Source of the DNA: Macrostomum hystrix
Lineage: Eukaryota; Animalia; Platyhelminthes
Length of the DNA stretch: 64,000 bases
Reading direction: 5' to 3'
NCBI GenBank assembly: GCA_950097015.1
Contig: CATNEN010000033.1
Location: 1,736,001 to 1,800,000, forward strand
This document shows positions 35,358 to 48,200 of this stretch, piece by piece. Each line of letters begins with the position of its first letter. Position 1 is the stretch's first letter. The position numbers and the translations under genes are program-made. The notes beneath the pieces are model-generated. The model was not told the DNA's origin. It did not search any database and saw nothing but the letters and a program-made list of their open reading frames with translations.

Positions 35358-35942
35358 ATTTATGGCGTCCGATATTTTTGTATTTTTTGTACTCTAGGTA
35401 GAACCAAAGTGCTATCCTCATCCTACTGTTGCACTCAGCACTGTTAGCAACAGCAGCTTGTTTGTTCATTCATCATTTTATCGCCTATACTAGCTGTTCT
35501 CGATATCACCTGAGTCTTCTGTCATATTTTATCTTGCTAAGCTGTGCCTTTAATTTAGGTAGCAGTCCGCTAACTTCCTCTGAATCAATATTGTTATTCA
35601 ATTTCAGCATTGGTTTATTTCGTTAGTTTTTCAATCCAATCTAGACTGCACAAGTTTTCATAGACTGGACGCTCTGGTCATAGCGGTGAGCTGGAATAGT
35701 AAATTTTCAAAATCCCATTCGAAATTATTTCGAAAAGTGCTCGCCTTTGAGGACTTAGTAAATTTCTGCGCACTACTGTCTGGTGACTTCTCAGTTCATT
35801 GTGATGGTCATCATGGTGCTTCAACAGCCGCAAATGATTTAGATAGCTGGGGCGGTGAAGGTAGCGGAAATGGCAGATATGCGAAGTGGATACGGGAATC
35901 GACAAGAGAAGCAATTTAGGCAGAGACGACAACGCCAACCCA

Positions 35943-36170
35943 TCAGCATGCGGGAACAGGGGTGATAAGCACTTGGTGAGCAGCCGCCAGCAGCTGGTCA
36001 CCAGCTTGCGCCGCCATGATATCGTCCTTTGTCCAGGCGGGAGGCAGCTGAGTCACCGCCGCCTGGCTTGGCGCGTCCACAACAACGTTTTCGCGACCAT
36101 GCCTGAAGGAACTGGACGGGTGTGAGGTGTTCGAGGTGTTTCTCACGGGTGTGAGAAACTCTGGGAACTG
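35943..36170 (-). mobile_element. Possible Gypsy pol fragment (RNase H-integrase linker)
   Basis: RHGRENVVVDAPSQ...WTKDDIMAAQAGD resembles G.xNVVADALSR...W...DI..AQ..D. Confidence 0.4.
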
Positions 36171-36176
36171 GACTGG

Positions 36177-36635
36177 TCGGGCTTGGAGTGAGGTGGCTGC
36201 AAGGGTCCGGGAAGGAAGTGGACAGGTCTGAAGTGTCGGGCTTGGAGTGAGGTGGCTGCAAGGGTCCGGGAAGGAAGTGGACAGGTCTGAAGTGTCGGGC
36301 TTGGAGTGAGGTGGCTGCAAGGGTCCGGGAAGGAAGTGGACAGGTCTGAAGTGTCGGGCTTGGAGTGAGGTGGCTGCAAGGGTCCGGGAAGGAAGTGGAC
36401 AGGTCTGAAGTGTCGGGCTTGGAGTGAGGTGGCTGCAAGGGTCCGGGAAGGAAGTGGACAGGTCTGAAGTGTCGGGCTTGGAGTGAGGTGGCTGCAAGGG
36501 TCCGGGAAGGAAGTGGACAGGTCTGAAGTGTCGGGCTTGGAGTGAGGTGGCTGCAAGGGTCCGGGAAGGAAGTGGACAGGGCTGAAGTGTCGGGCTTGGA
36601 GTGAGGTGGCTGCAAGGGTCCGGGAAGGAAGTGGA
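36177..36635. repeat. 59-bp minisatellite, ~8 copies
   Basis: Unit GTCGGGCTTGGAGTGAGGTGGCTGCAAGGGTCCGGGAAGGAAGTGGACAGGTCTGAAGT, near-perfect copies. Confidence 0.96.
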
Positions 36636-36929
36636 TCTCTTGACCATTCGCAAGAGGCAGCGGGGAACGCAAAGCCAGAGTTTAACTGTGGTGATATAAA
36701 TAGGATGCAGGATAGGATAGGATAGGATAGGATTAACCCTATCGAACAAGCTTGGGGTCAAACGATAGATGAGCATTTGTTGAATTTAGAGCTCGAAAAT
36801 CAAACCTACGGCTTGTACATCCATTTTTGAGCAATTAAAAAAAAATACTTGGGGTAGGCCGGGGTTTTACATAAAACTATGGTTCAGCATCGCTCAGCAT
36901 CTCCATCACCACCGACAAAGATCTTCACG

Positions 36930-37480
36930 ACAAAGTCCCCCATTTAGCTGGCAGAATGGCTGATTATTTAAGTCGGCTTAGTCTTTCGCAGTACCACGCC
37001 GAGTTGATTGTGCTGCTTGGTTCGAGAAAATCAATGGCCAGTGGGCCTTCACGATCAAAACACAAAGCTATCTCTGGCATGCAATATTTGAAGGTTTTTC
37101 AGGCAAATTACTTTTCTCATCAGCTTCATTTCGTTCGTGGCACCCAGCGAGCTGTCAGCTTGATGAGCCTGAGATCTTCGGACATGATCAGATGGATGGA
37201 GCTTCTTGGACGGTTCAAACGGTCCGCAAGTTCTCTCACAGAGACTAGAGGATTTTCATCAATCAGTAATCTCACCTGGTCTGCAAGATTTTTCTTTTTG
37301 GGGAGATCGCAGTTGGCGTCGCTAACGTCCGTCCTTCCATTGTTGAAGTCTTCGATCTATCGGTAGACAGCAGACTTTGAAATGGCATGGATCCCATGGA
37401 TTAAGCCAAGCTCTTCGAGGATTTCACTTCCTTTATTTCCCATTTTCCACTGCGAATAAATGAACTGCCTCTATCCTTCT
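36930..37480 (-). mobile_element. Degraded mariner transposase fragment
   Basis: Minus strand reads GSEILEELGLIHGIHAISKSAVYR*IEDFNNGRTDVSD...SVRELADRL...KLTARWVPR, then GPLAIDFLEPSSTINSAWYCERL. These are the mariner HTH, WVP(R/H) and catalytic-region motifs, with stops and deletions. Confidence 0.75.
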
Positions 37481-38632
37481 TTTGACGCAACATCGCAACA
37501 ACATTTCTTAAAGATTTCAGAACAGAAGCTTCAAAGCAATATGCAGTGCTGCTCTGATGAATTGTTTTGTTTTGCTCTCAAATCATGTTTTTGAGCTCTT
37601 TCTGAGGGGACATACGAGCGATACTCGTATGGCAAAATGACACTGCGCTTTGAGTTTTCGTCCTACGATACGAGCTGATTGTTGTGAAAATCGATTTCAG
37701 CTTTTAAGCAGTGGCAGAGTTCTGCTAGTGGAGAAAGACAAAGAAATAAACTGTCGGTGCTGGAGACCCAGAGTGATGCTGAACCATTGTTTGGTGTAAA
37801 ACTCCCGCCTACCTGTTTTGTTTCGAGGACTTTTTGAAGCAGCAGAGTGGTGCTGCGCAGTGGTTCGTTATATTTGAATTTAAAGAAAATGGCTTTACGA
37901 AAGAGCTAAACTGAACGCGTCGAAAAGCAGAGAAACCATGCATATAAGTATTTTGAAAGCAAAATAACTGTATTAAAACACTATCTATAGTTATAATATA
38001 TAACTTAATCCGTCGCATATACTTTTTTTAAATACACGACATAGCCCCTAGTACTCTTTTGTTAATTGCTCAACAACGGATGCTGGTGCTGGCTTGATTT
38101 TCTAGCTGTAAATTCAATTAATGCTTATGTATCGTTTAACACGTTTGACATTATGCTGGAAACGGTTATGCCATTCGTTCACTGTTCATTCGTTCGTGTA
38201 TCATCAATTATAATAAATTTGTACAGAAAGGAAGAATCGACAGTCGAGGTTCCGTTAGTGACGCGTGTCAATTCACAAGTCATTTCGAACAAAAAAGGAA
38301 TTTCGAAAGTTCGCGGCGAAATAGAAAACACAAAAAGCTTATCTTGATTGGAACTCATGACCACTGCTTGCTAGCAGCGAATCTGAAGCCCAAATCTAAA
38401 CTCTACACTTGCTATTCTGCCAATCTCAATGGCTAAATTCGAGAGCTCGCCTCGCGTGAGTTAGCATATCTAATCTATTGGCCACCAGTCAGCGTACAAA
38501 AAAGAAGCTCATTCAACTGCTGGGCTATTTGAAATCCAGAAAGGACTAGGCTGAATTCGTCCGCACCACAATAGACAGTAAAGCATTCCCTGAAGCTCCG
38601 GACTGACCTGTAGTTCACCGTTCAGCAGTTTC

Positions 38633-40213
38633 ATGGCCTATAGTGAAGCTCCTGACGGAGGGTGGGGCTGGGTGGTGGCCCTGGCTGCTCACGTGATGCA
38701 CTTTCTGACAGTCGGTCTGGACAGAGCAACCGGCGTCTTCTACAGAGAGATCCTGAAAGAGATGCAGCAGACATCCGCATCCACCGCGGGCTTCAGCGCG
38801 CTGCTGTTCTCTGCCACCTTCTGCTGCAGTGAGTTAGAGACGGTGCATTGCCTCTTTTTGATGAAGTGATACGCTGAAATGAGTTAAAATTTCTGATCGC
38901 TAAGCCTTCCGCAGGTCCCGCGGCTGGAGTCCTGTGCAAGTACTTCGGCTGCCGCAAGGTCATGATGGCTGGAGGAGTCACTTCATTCCTGGGAATCCTT
39001 CTCAGCACATTCTGCGACCGACTGTCGCTCATCTACCTGACCCTCGGCTTCATGACGGGAGTCGGAAACGGACTGGCCTACACCTCAGGCCTGCTGGCCG
39101 TAAACGACTACTTCAGCCGGCGGAAGTCGGCCGCTCTCGGTCTGGCGACTGCGGGCACCGGAGTCGGCAGCTTCGTGCTGCCCCTGCTCACCCAGTATCT
39201 CATCCAGGAGTACACATTCCGCGGCTGCATGCTCATCCTGAGCGCACTGTCGCTCAACCTGACCGTGTGCGGAGCGCTGCTGTACCCGCTGCCGGAGACG
39301 CCTGTCAATGAAGCCGAGGTTGAGCAAATGTCTTCAAACAAGACCACTTCTAGGAAGTTGACAGGAGGCTGCGAGCGGTTCTTCGTCCAGCTGTGGGCAA
39401 ACATTGACCTGAAGCTCTTCCTGAACTGGCAGTTTAGCGTTTTCGCCCTGGCCTCTCTGTTCATTACAGCGGGGTTCAAGTCGGTGGCGGTAATCCTTCC
39501 GCATCATGCTCAGCTCAGCGGCCTGGATGCCACGGACTCCGTCATGCTTATCTCTATTTCTGGTAAAATTTCGCTACTGAATTTTTCTACTGAGAATGGC
39601 GCTTTAGATGAACAGGATGGTGCAAAATAAAGCAATTTCACGTAAATTAGTGACGGCCACTGAGCCGAAGTGCGGGATTTTTTATCACATAGCAGACTCA
39701 GACTACTGCTTACTCACAGGCGCCTGTGACACGCTGTCCCGCTTCTCCCTCGGCCTGGTGTTCGACATTCCCCGCCTACTGCCGCACCGAAGGCGCATCT
39801 GGAGCCTCGGCTTGCTGTTCATCGCGGTCATCGTCGCCGCCTTCGCGTTCATGCACAGCCTGGCACCGTTCGTGCTCGTGTCCGTGGCGTTCGGCCTCAC
39901 CTCCGGCCTGTTTGTGAGCCAGCTCTACTGCGTGCTCGGCGACCTGATCGGTCGGGAGCGCTGCCGCACCGGCATCGGCCTGCTGATTCTGTGCCGCGGC
40001 GTCGGCGTTGCCTACGGTCCGCCTCTGGCCGGGGCTCTGAAGGACGCCACCGGCTCCTACCAGCTGTCCTTCTGCGCCCTCGGGCTGTCCATCTTCCTGG
40101 GCTTCGTCTGTCTGTGCGCCCTGGACATTGTTGCCCTGCTCCAGTCCCTCTGCTGTCGGAAGAGATCCGACCAACCCTGCGCTGCTGCGGCGGAGCCTGA
40201 CCAGCCTTGCTAG
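38633..40213 (+). CDS. SLC16/MCT paralog 4, intact; exons 38633-38828, 38915-39562, 39720-40213
   Basis: APDGGWGW, same exon structure as the other paralogs, shortest central loop, open frame. Confidence 0.92.
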
Positions 40214-40867
40214 CTTCTACTAGTTGAAATTTTACCGTAAATTCATCGTAAATTGTGTTCATTAAGTTTCTGGCATACCTAACACAAAATCATGATGCCC
40301 TTCACACAAGGCGACGGCAATTAGAACATGATTTGTTGACGAGTAGATCATATATGCATGAGACTGCATTTTCTCAGAGAAAACCTTATGCTCCGTGCGT
40401 TTATTTTTAATGATCGGATCATGAACTGCATTAACACACATGTAGTTAGTTACCTGGGCCTCAGAATCCTGGGCCTAGTTACCTGGGCCGAGGCGCACGG
40501 GCTTGTTTGATAACCTCCTCCCGATTTGTTGTAAAATGGCATGAGGTTTATTTACAGCTGCATTAAATGCAGTCTGCGCCCATGAGTGGCTCTCGGCGGG
40601 TTGTCTTGTCCACCCCAAAGCACTGAGGCTGTTCAGCACACTCATGGCCAAGTGTATTGGCAGTGCGGGATGGCAATGCGGAACGACTGCGGCGGACTAC
40701 ACTGCCGCGTCTCGGTGGAGCTCAGCATCAAATTTAATTATTCATTATAATGGGCGCGTCCACACTGAGTTTCTTAAGCCTTACTTGCTACTCAGATTTG
40801 GGATTAAATAGAGTGAATCTCTGGGATTATCGGTGGCAAGGCTCAGTTTAGGCAGGCAGTGAAGACA

Positions 40868-43561
40868 ATGGCAGAAACACTACTCAGGGGCAGCTCGTCC
40901 TACTTCGCTGTTGAAATGAAGAAGCTGATGAGCGACCGTGAGTCCAGGTGAGGCCGCTGCCGCTAGCAAGCTGCTCGATGCATGCGAAACCTCAGAAGAA
41001 TCTTTAATCAACACCAAATAGTTAACGCATTTGTCTCATGCACCGAGGTCCCTGAGCTCGATTCCGCGACGAGGCAACATCCATTTGGGGCAGCAGTCGT
41101 GGAGAGACGGCTTGGTGGCTTGTCGCGCAATTTACGGGCCTTAAGGGCCAGCGCTCCAAGGCACAGTGAAGTGTACACTGCCTCACAATGAGAAAGTGTA
41201 CTCATGCAGATGTACACACCTGTGTGAGTGTGCTCAGGGGTCAGCAAAACAGGCAGAACTGCGTCCTCGCCGGCGGAGGGTCTTGTGTCATCAAATGAAT
41301 TGCCATTGTCAGTTATTATTATTACCACCCAGTATCGTCAAGTTAACTCATGGTCAAGTTAACTCATGGTCAAGTTAACCCATGGTCAAGTTAACCCATG
41401 GTCAAGTTAACCCTTGGTCAAGTTAACCCATGGTCAAGTTAACCCATGGTCAAGTTAAACGCATGGTCAGTTAAACCCATGGTCAAGTTAACCCTTGGTC
41501 GAAGTTAACCCATGGTCAAGTTAACCCATGGTCAGTTAACCCATGGTCAAAGTTAACCCATGGTCAAGTTAACCCATGGTCAAGTTAACCCATGGTCAAG
41601 GTTAACCATGGTCAAGTTAACCCATGGTCAAGTTAACCACTTGGTCAAGTTAACCCATGGTCAAGTTAACCCATGCAGTCGAAGTTAACCCATGGTCAAG
41701 TTAACCCATGGTCAAGTTAACCACATGGTCAAGTTAACCCATGGTCAAGTTAACCACTTGGTCAAGTTAACCCATGGTCAAGTTAACCCATGGTCAAGTT
41801 AACCCATGGTCAAGTTAACCACTGGTCAAGTTTAAACCCATGGTCAAGTTAACCCATGGTCAAGTTAACCCATTGGTCAAGTTAACCCTGGTCCAAGTTA
41901 ACCCATGGTCAAGTTAACCCATGGTCAAGTTAACCCATGGTCAAGTTAACCCTAATGGTCAAGTTAACCATGGTCAAGTTAACCCATGGTCAAGTTAACC
42001 CATGGTCAAGTTAACCCATGGTCAAGTTAACCCATGGTCAAGTTAACCCATGGTCAAGTTAACTCATGGTCAAGTTAACCCATGGTCAAGTTAACCCATG
42101 GTCAAGTTAACTCATGGTCAAGTTAACTCATGGTCAAGTTAACTCATGGTCAAGTTAACTCATGGTCAAGTTAACCCATGGTCAAGTTAACCTATGGTCA
42201 AGTTAACCCATTAATTTTGTTGATAGCATGGTTGGCAAAGTTTATTTTTTAAGTGACCCGCAAGGAAAATGCGAACCTCCCCTCCCTCGTTCAGCGACGT
42301 GAAGTTCCTGGTTGGCGCCAGTCGGAAGCCGTTTCAAGCTCACAGGTGCATTTTAAGCGTTCGCTGCGACGCATTTCGCGCCATGCTGAGCGAGGCCCAA
42401 CAAGCCGCAGCCGGTAGCAGCGCTCGACGATTTTCGTCTGCTGCAGAGTCCACTACGATAGCGACAGAAGTTCAGCAGCAGCTGGTGCTAGCCGAGACCA
42501 ACCCGGACGCATTCTCAGCGGTGCTGGAGTTTGTTTACACGAACTGCGTCACTCTGAGGCCGCAGACTGCGCTGCAAGTGCTGGCTTGCGCCGTGGAGTA
42601 CCGACTGGAGGATCTGAAGAGGGTGAGTCGGGACTTCTGGGATAACGGCGAGGGAAGAGAAAACAAAGGACGCCTGTACGCCTTTCCGCAGCTGTGCTGC
42701 GAGTACCTGACGGACAGTCTGAGCGCTCAGAACGCCTGCGAGCTTCTGCAGGCAGGCAGTAGTTTTGGTCTGCCAGAGCTGCGCCAGCGGGCCGGCGACT
42801 TCATCGAGCGCAATGCGTCGGCGGTAGTGAAGAGCCGCGGTTTCACGGGCCTCTCGGCGGAGACACTGGCCGGCCTGCTGGCTTCAGACCAGCTGATGCT
42901 AGACGAGCTCGAGGTTGTGGCTGCAGTCAGGGACTGGGCAGCCTCGGCCGGCTCGCTGCGGACTGTCGATGACGCCAAGGCGCCGGTGCGTCAATTGCGG
43001 ACTGGGCCTTCTAAGCCCGCAGGAGCTCGCCGAGGTGGAGGCTGAGAACGACCGCGAGTTCCGTCTGATTCCGGTAAGGCTTGTGGACACTCCTCGCTGT
43101 TGGATGGCTGTTGGGCTGGAGAAACGGAGTGCTGCTGATTGGATGGAAAATGAGTGAGGTGGGGCCTGATTGGATGCAAATTTTGTAAGGTGGAGCTTAT
43201 TGGATGAAAGATGATATGCTGATTGGAAAGAAATGTAGTAAGGTGAATGTCTGTTGGATGGAAAAGGAGTGAGGTGGATGCTGATTGAATCGATAGGAGT
43301 GGGAAGGTGATGGAGGGTAGGAATTGAGTGCCATGTGCAGAGATCCGATCCGGCTTTTCTCGATTCGCCAACAAGATCGAGATGTTCGCCGAAGCGTGGA
43401 AGCTGCACGCGCTTCATCAGTATTCGTCGGACGCCACGCACCTGCTAGTGCGGCCGCGCAAAGGTACCATCCGGAGGGCGGTGGGCCAGGCTGGCTGCCG
43501 GTGCAGGACGTCCGCGTCAGCGGCCACCTCTGTGGCGACTACGCAAAGCAAAAGCAGTTGA
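40868..43561 (+). CDS. BTBD19: BTB-BACK protein, BTBD19-like; exons 40868-40947, 42295-42622, 42692-43073, 43376-43561; one extra base at ~43001
   Basis: FAVEMKKLMSD..SDVKFLVG..AHRCILSVRC (BTB) and a BACK domain (NACELLQA..LSAETL..LLASDQL..ELEVV.AVRDWA). After removing one base: RLGLLSPQEL..EN..LIP|IEMFAEAWKLHAL..RPRKGT, which resembles the BTBD19 C-terminus. Confidence 0.78.
41021..41323 (+). mobile_element. 5'-truncated copy of the tRNA-derived SINE
   Basis: Aligns by eye to 31056-31425 over the box B, body and (TTA)n tail. Confidence 0.78.
41335..42211. repeat. 16-bp minisatellite CATGGTCAAGTTAACC, ~55 copies, in BTB-gene intron 1
   Basis: Tandem repeat. The central part (~41440-41960) carries many scattered 1-bp indels. 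Confidence 0.95.
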
Positions 43562-44764
43562 GCAGATGGCGTTGGCTCTTAGAAATTTTCTAATTTGAAA
43601 AGTAATTTTTGCGCCAATTTGATTTGGGAAGTTTCTGGCATAATTAGATGTTAGGTCTCATATTTAAAATGCTGTGAATTCCCACGCTTGTTTTGTCCTC
43701 TATTTTTCTGGCACAAAATGTGCTTTAAATAAGCAGTTATTGCTAAATTAGCCTCTGAAAAGTTTCTGTGTGATATCCTTACTGAAATTCGCATGTGTAG
43801 CCTTTTCTCCATATTCTCACTTAGAATTCCTAGAGATTATCTATAACTTGTGATGTGACGCCTTTTAGCCAATACTCATTTTGATTGAAATTCTATTTTA
43901 GTTTCTCACTTACCTGTCATTTTGCCAATTCATGTTTAAAATTGAGGTCCTCGGACTGAACAGCTGTACACAGAATTTGCCGAGGCGATGGCTGAGGCGG
44001 TGGCATCGACCATGACAGTAGGAAGACCACCCCCCCTGGCGAAAGACTATACGGGGGTATTTCAAATACCCAGTGCCAACTTCAGCGAGAGCTCCCAAGC
44101 CGAATGACCAATTTTCCTGAAAGTCCACCATTTGGAATTTTCCGCATTTTTATGATGAACTAATTTTCAAAGCCGTCTTCGGCATATTCAGCAATTCTTG
44201 TCGAAAACCCTTGTGACAAGGACAACTAACGTTGCTCGGTATAAACGTCATGGCGAATATGGCGAAAATCGAATGGTGGTTTTTGCCACTAGACACCTCG
44301 ATGAGAATTGTTGAATATCTCAATGCTGTGTGATTCTGGAATTTATCACGCATCGCACGAGAACTCTCAAAGAGATTCTCCTGTTTAACTTCAGGTGGCA
44401 CATGTTTTTTATTATATGTAAAAGCCTCGCCGTCAAAAAATTTCGGTAGGAAAATTCCGAGAAACGCCTTTGTTATTCTTTTCTGTAATTTGTTCGTGAT
44501 CAACCGTTAAAGTACATATTGTCTAGTTATCATTTATTTAGTTGTTTGTTTGGTATGACAATGTTTGACAATGCACACTGCCTGACAAAAAAATTCAGGA
44601 CAAATTTACACGCAAACATGCGAGTGTGCTACGGGGTCAGCGGGTCTATTGTCACCTGCGTCAGTGCCCACAGCCCATTGCAAAAACGAATAATTTATTC
44701 GTAGGGTTCTTATCATGGCTCTCATGTAAAGCTATATAAATAAATGAAAAATTCTAGCTAGACT

Positions 44765-45225
44765 TGAGTTCATTAGCCCAATGACCAGACCCCGCCTAGG
44801 CCGTGCCGAATTCATCAGACCAATGACCAGACCCCGCCTAGGCCGTGCCGAATTCATCAGACCAATGACCAGACCCCGCCTAGGCCGTGCCGAATTCATC
44901 AGCCCAATGACCAGACCCCGCCTAGGCCGTGCCGAATTCATCAGACCAATGACCAGACCCCGCCTAGGCCGTGCCGAATTCATCAGACCAATGACCAGAC
45001 CCCGCCTAGGCCGTGCCGAATTCATCAGCCCAATGACCAGACCCCGCCTAGGCCGTGCCGAATTCATCAGACCAATGACCAGACCCCGCCTAGGCCGTGC
45101 CGAATTCATCAGACCAATGACCAGACCCCGCCTAGGCCGGGCCGAATTCATCAGCCCAAGGACCAGAGCTCGCCTAGGCCGTCCCTAATTCATCAGCCCA
45201 ATGACCAGACCCCACCTAGACCGTC
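44765..45225. repeat. 42-bp minisatellite AATGACCAGACCCCGCCTAGGCCGTGCCGAATTCATCAGACC, ~11 copies
   Basis: Near-perfect tandem copies. The last degenerate copy overlaps the stop codon at 45216-45218 of the minus-strand gene. Confidence 0.96.
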
Positions 45226-48200
45226 CCGAGCCGCTGAACCGTTGCAGCCGCGAAGCAGGCGGCGGTCAGTGCGGCGAACGGCTGCCAGAGAAGGCCCTGC
45301 TCGCCAGTGTGAAAGTCGGCGCAGCCGCGAATCAGCAGGAAGGACGGACAGCGGCTGCCGAGCGCGGATTCCAGCACTTCGTCGAATCCGGCATCCGCGC
45401 CGATGGGCTTGGCATTCATCGATGGCGTCGATGATGTGGCGATAGTTTCACCACAGGCGACAGGTCCGAAGGCGACAGTCGGTGTCGTGGCCGAGGTTCG
45501 CGGCGGTCGATTAAACGCCGGTGCCTCCGCCGCCAGCGACTCGAGATTGGCGATCCAGTCCGCGCCTCCGTCGTCGGTCATTTCTTCGGCGACGGCTCTG
45601 GCCGCAGCGATGAGTCGCCGGTCCGAGGCCCGCCAGATTCGTCCGCTGGCGGCTTCGAAATAATCACAATCTTCATCGTCGCCGATAACGATGTCGCCAA
45701 GACGACAAGCTCCGGCGGAACCACCGACTCCCACCAGCAAAATGTGCTCGACGTCTTGGAAGACTCCCAACAGGCGGGTGACGACGTTACCGCAGGCGAC
45801 TCGCGCCTGGAGGCCACCGGGGGCGCCAACCACAGCCGGAAGCTTCGTGCTGACGACGCTGCGAGTCCCGATGCGGCCGAGGGTGTACACATGCGAGTCA
45901 CCGCTGCCACCAGCCCTGGTCTCGTACTGGACGAAGGACTCCTTGTCGACAGTCACTGCGTCCAGCGCTCGCTTCTCGCACATCAGCCGGGTCACCAAGG
46001 CGACTGTGGGCCGCGAACGACGCAGCAGCTGCAGGTCGGCGAAGTTGGCCCGATTGAAGCCGCGCACCCTGCCCATGCCCCAGCGGTCCTCTGCTGAGAC
46101 AGCTGCCTGCTGCAGACCTTCTGTTCGGTTGAGCCTTCGGTTGCCGCGGCTGGCAGTCTCCGTGGCGTGGGACAGCTCCTCCTGCAGCAGGTAGGCGGTC
46201 CCGCCTGGCACCGTGCGTGGGAAAAGCCTTCGCTGCTCAACCAGGGCATCGAGGGCAGCTTCGGTTGCGCCGGAATCTGCGCCAGAATTGGCGGATTTGA
46301 CGGCACTGGCAGGGAGGAAACATTCGATCATGCCGATCGGGAAAATTTTAGAGGATTAGGGATATCTTTTCACCAGGTCACATTGTACTCACCCGACCAG
46401 CTCAACTCGATTGAGCACATTGGGAAATGCGGCCTCCACCAAGCTGAGTAGCTGCTCCTGCAGCCGTTGAGCCTCTAGATAATGAGTTTGTTTGAAGAGT
46501 TTGAGCTGACTTTGAAGCATATCATCGGTAATTGCAAATAAGGATCAGGGTTCGTGATTCGGAGTTTGGGACTGGAAATCGGAATCTCAGTGGTCGGTGC
46601 CTACCAAGCAGGCGGTCCCTGCGCTTCATCTCTGCCTCACGGTCGGCCTGCTGCTCGGCCAGCGCCTCGGCAGTCCTCTGCTCCCACTGCTCCGCGTCCC
46701 AGGCCAGCGGCTCCAGGCCTTCGTTGGCCGCCCGGCGCCAGTTCTCGCGCTGCCAACGTCGCCTCGACTCGCTTCGCGTCAGTTCGATGCTCGCCCGTCT
46801 CGCCACCGCTCCCTCGTCAACGCTGCTTTCTGTTGGCGCGTCTGGGAGCAGTTCGAAGGACAGAATCGGGACTTCTTCGTCGGAACTCGATCCCGACGCC
46901 TTCGGCTTCGTCACCACCGTTAGGCTATGTCTGCTACGGATGCTGAGCTCATCCTGGCCCAGACTGAGACTGAGAGTGCTGCCATCGTAGCTGAACGGCA
47001 ACCGTCGCTGCAGACTGTCGCCATCGTTGATTCTCGCCAGCAGAATCCGCTGACTGGCAGACGAAGACTCCAATGGCGCCAGCCGGATGACTGTCCCAGC
47101 CTTGCGGACTGGCATCTGGCGAGCCAGCGGCTGCAGCAGCTGATAGTCGCTGGCTGCGGCGTGGTCCAGAACCAGTGGAAAAGCCGGCGAGGGCCTCTCG
47201 GCTGTGCTGAGGGCGCGCAGTAGAAGGCGGCACAACAGCCGCCCCTCCGCTCCAAGACTATCCGAGCCACCTGCGGTCTCGTCGTCTCGTCTCGGATGTA
47301 CTTTTATTTCTAGCAGGTAGTTGCCCGGCCGGGGAAATCGGACGTGCACCTGTGATGGTGGAGTAGGTGCGGGCTGATCTGCTATCCATAGACAGAACCA
47401 CAGTCTGCCCGTCTGTAATCTGAGTTTCATTTCTGCGATCTATTTCCACCAAGATGTTAATCGAACCTGAAATCCGTCTTGGGCTCCGTTCACCAGCACC
47501 GACTCCTCCAGGGGCCTCGCCTGTGAGTCCTGCAATGGCAGAATAGCCGCCTTCGCCACATGGCGACCCTGCGTGCGAAACGCGAAGACCAGCTCGGTCT
47601 CGTGGCGCACAATGAGGCACGGCTCCCGGCCGCCACCAGGCAGAGTCGGCGACGTCAGCCGGATGTCATCAACCAGTCTGCGACGACTTCTTCGCCGTCC
47701 ACCAACGTCGTAGTCGTCTTCTGCCTCCGCTGCCGGCCATCCCAGCAGGCCGTTCTCCGGCAGGCCGAGCTGCGCCCCGGCTGCCGCGGAGTCGGCGACA
47801 ATCAGCAGCTCACCGAGCGGCCTCAGCCGGTTGGCGTCGCACCAGATTGTGACGGCGAACCAGCCGCTGTGAGGCGCGAGAAACCGGAAGCCGCGCTCGC
47901 GACCGCCGTTGATCGACCACTGCAGCAGGTGGCGGTTCAAGGAGGCCGCAATGCCCGGCTGTTGTCCAGGCTGGCCGCCGAATGTCACATGACACTGGAG
48001 TGGCTCGTTTGGATCGTCGCCTGCAGCGCGGGTTTTTTTGGATGTCAGATTCCACCATCGCTGACTAAAATCCTCTGTTATCCCCGCCTCCCTCACCCAG
48101 CGGTGTCGGTGCCGTCAGCCACCATGAGGCTTCCCCGTCCTCGGCAGCCAACTCCGGCTGTGCTGGCGACCCAATCGGTTCTCCGAGCTGCAGCCGGACG

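Noticed and set aside
43910-44503. Minus-strand ORFs of 117 and 73 aa, possible TE remnant
   Set aside because: No recognisable domain, TIR or TSD.
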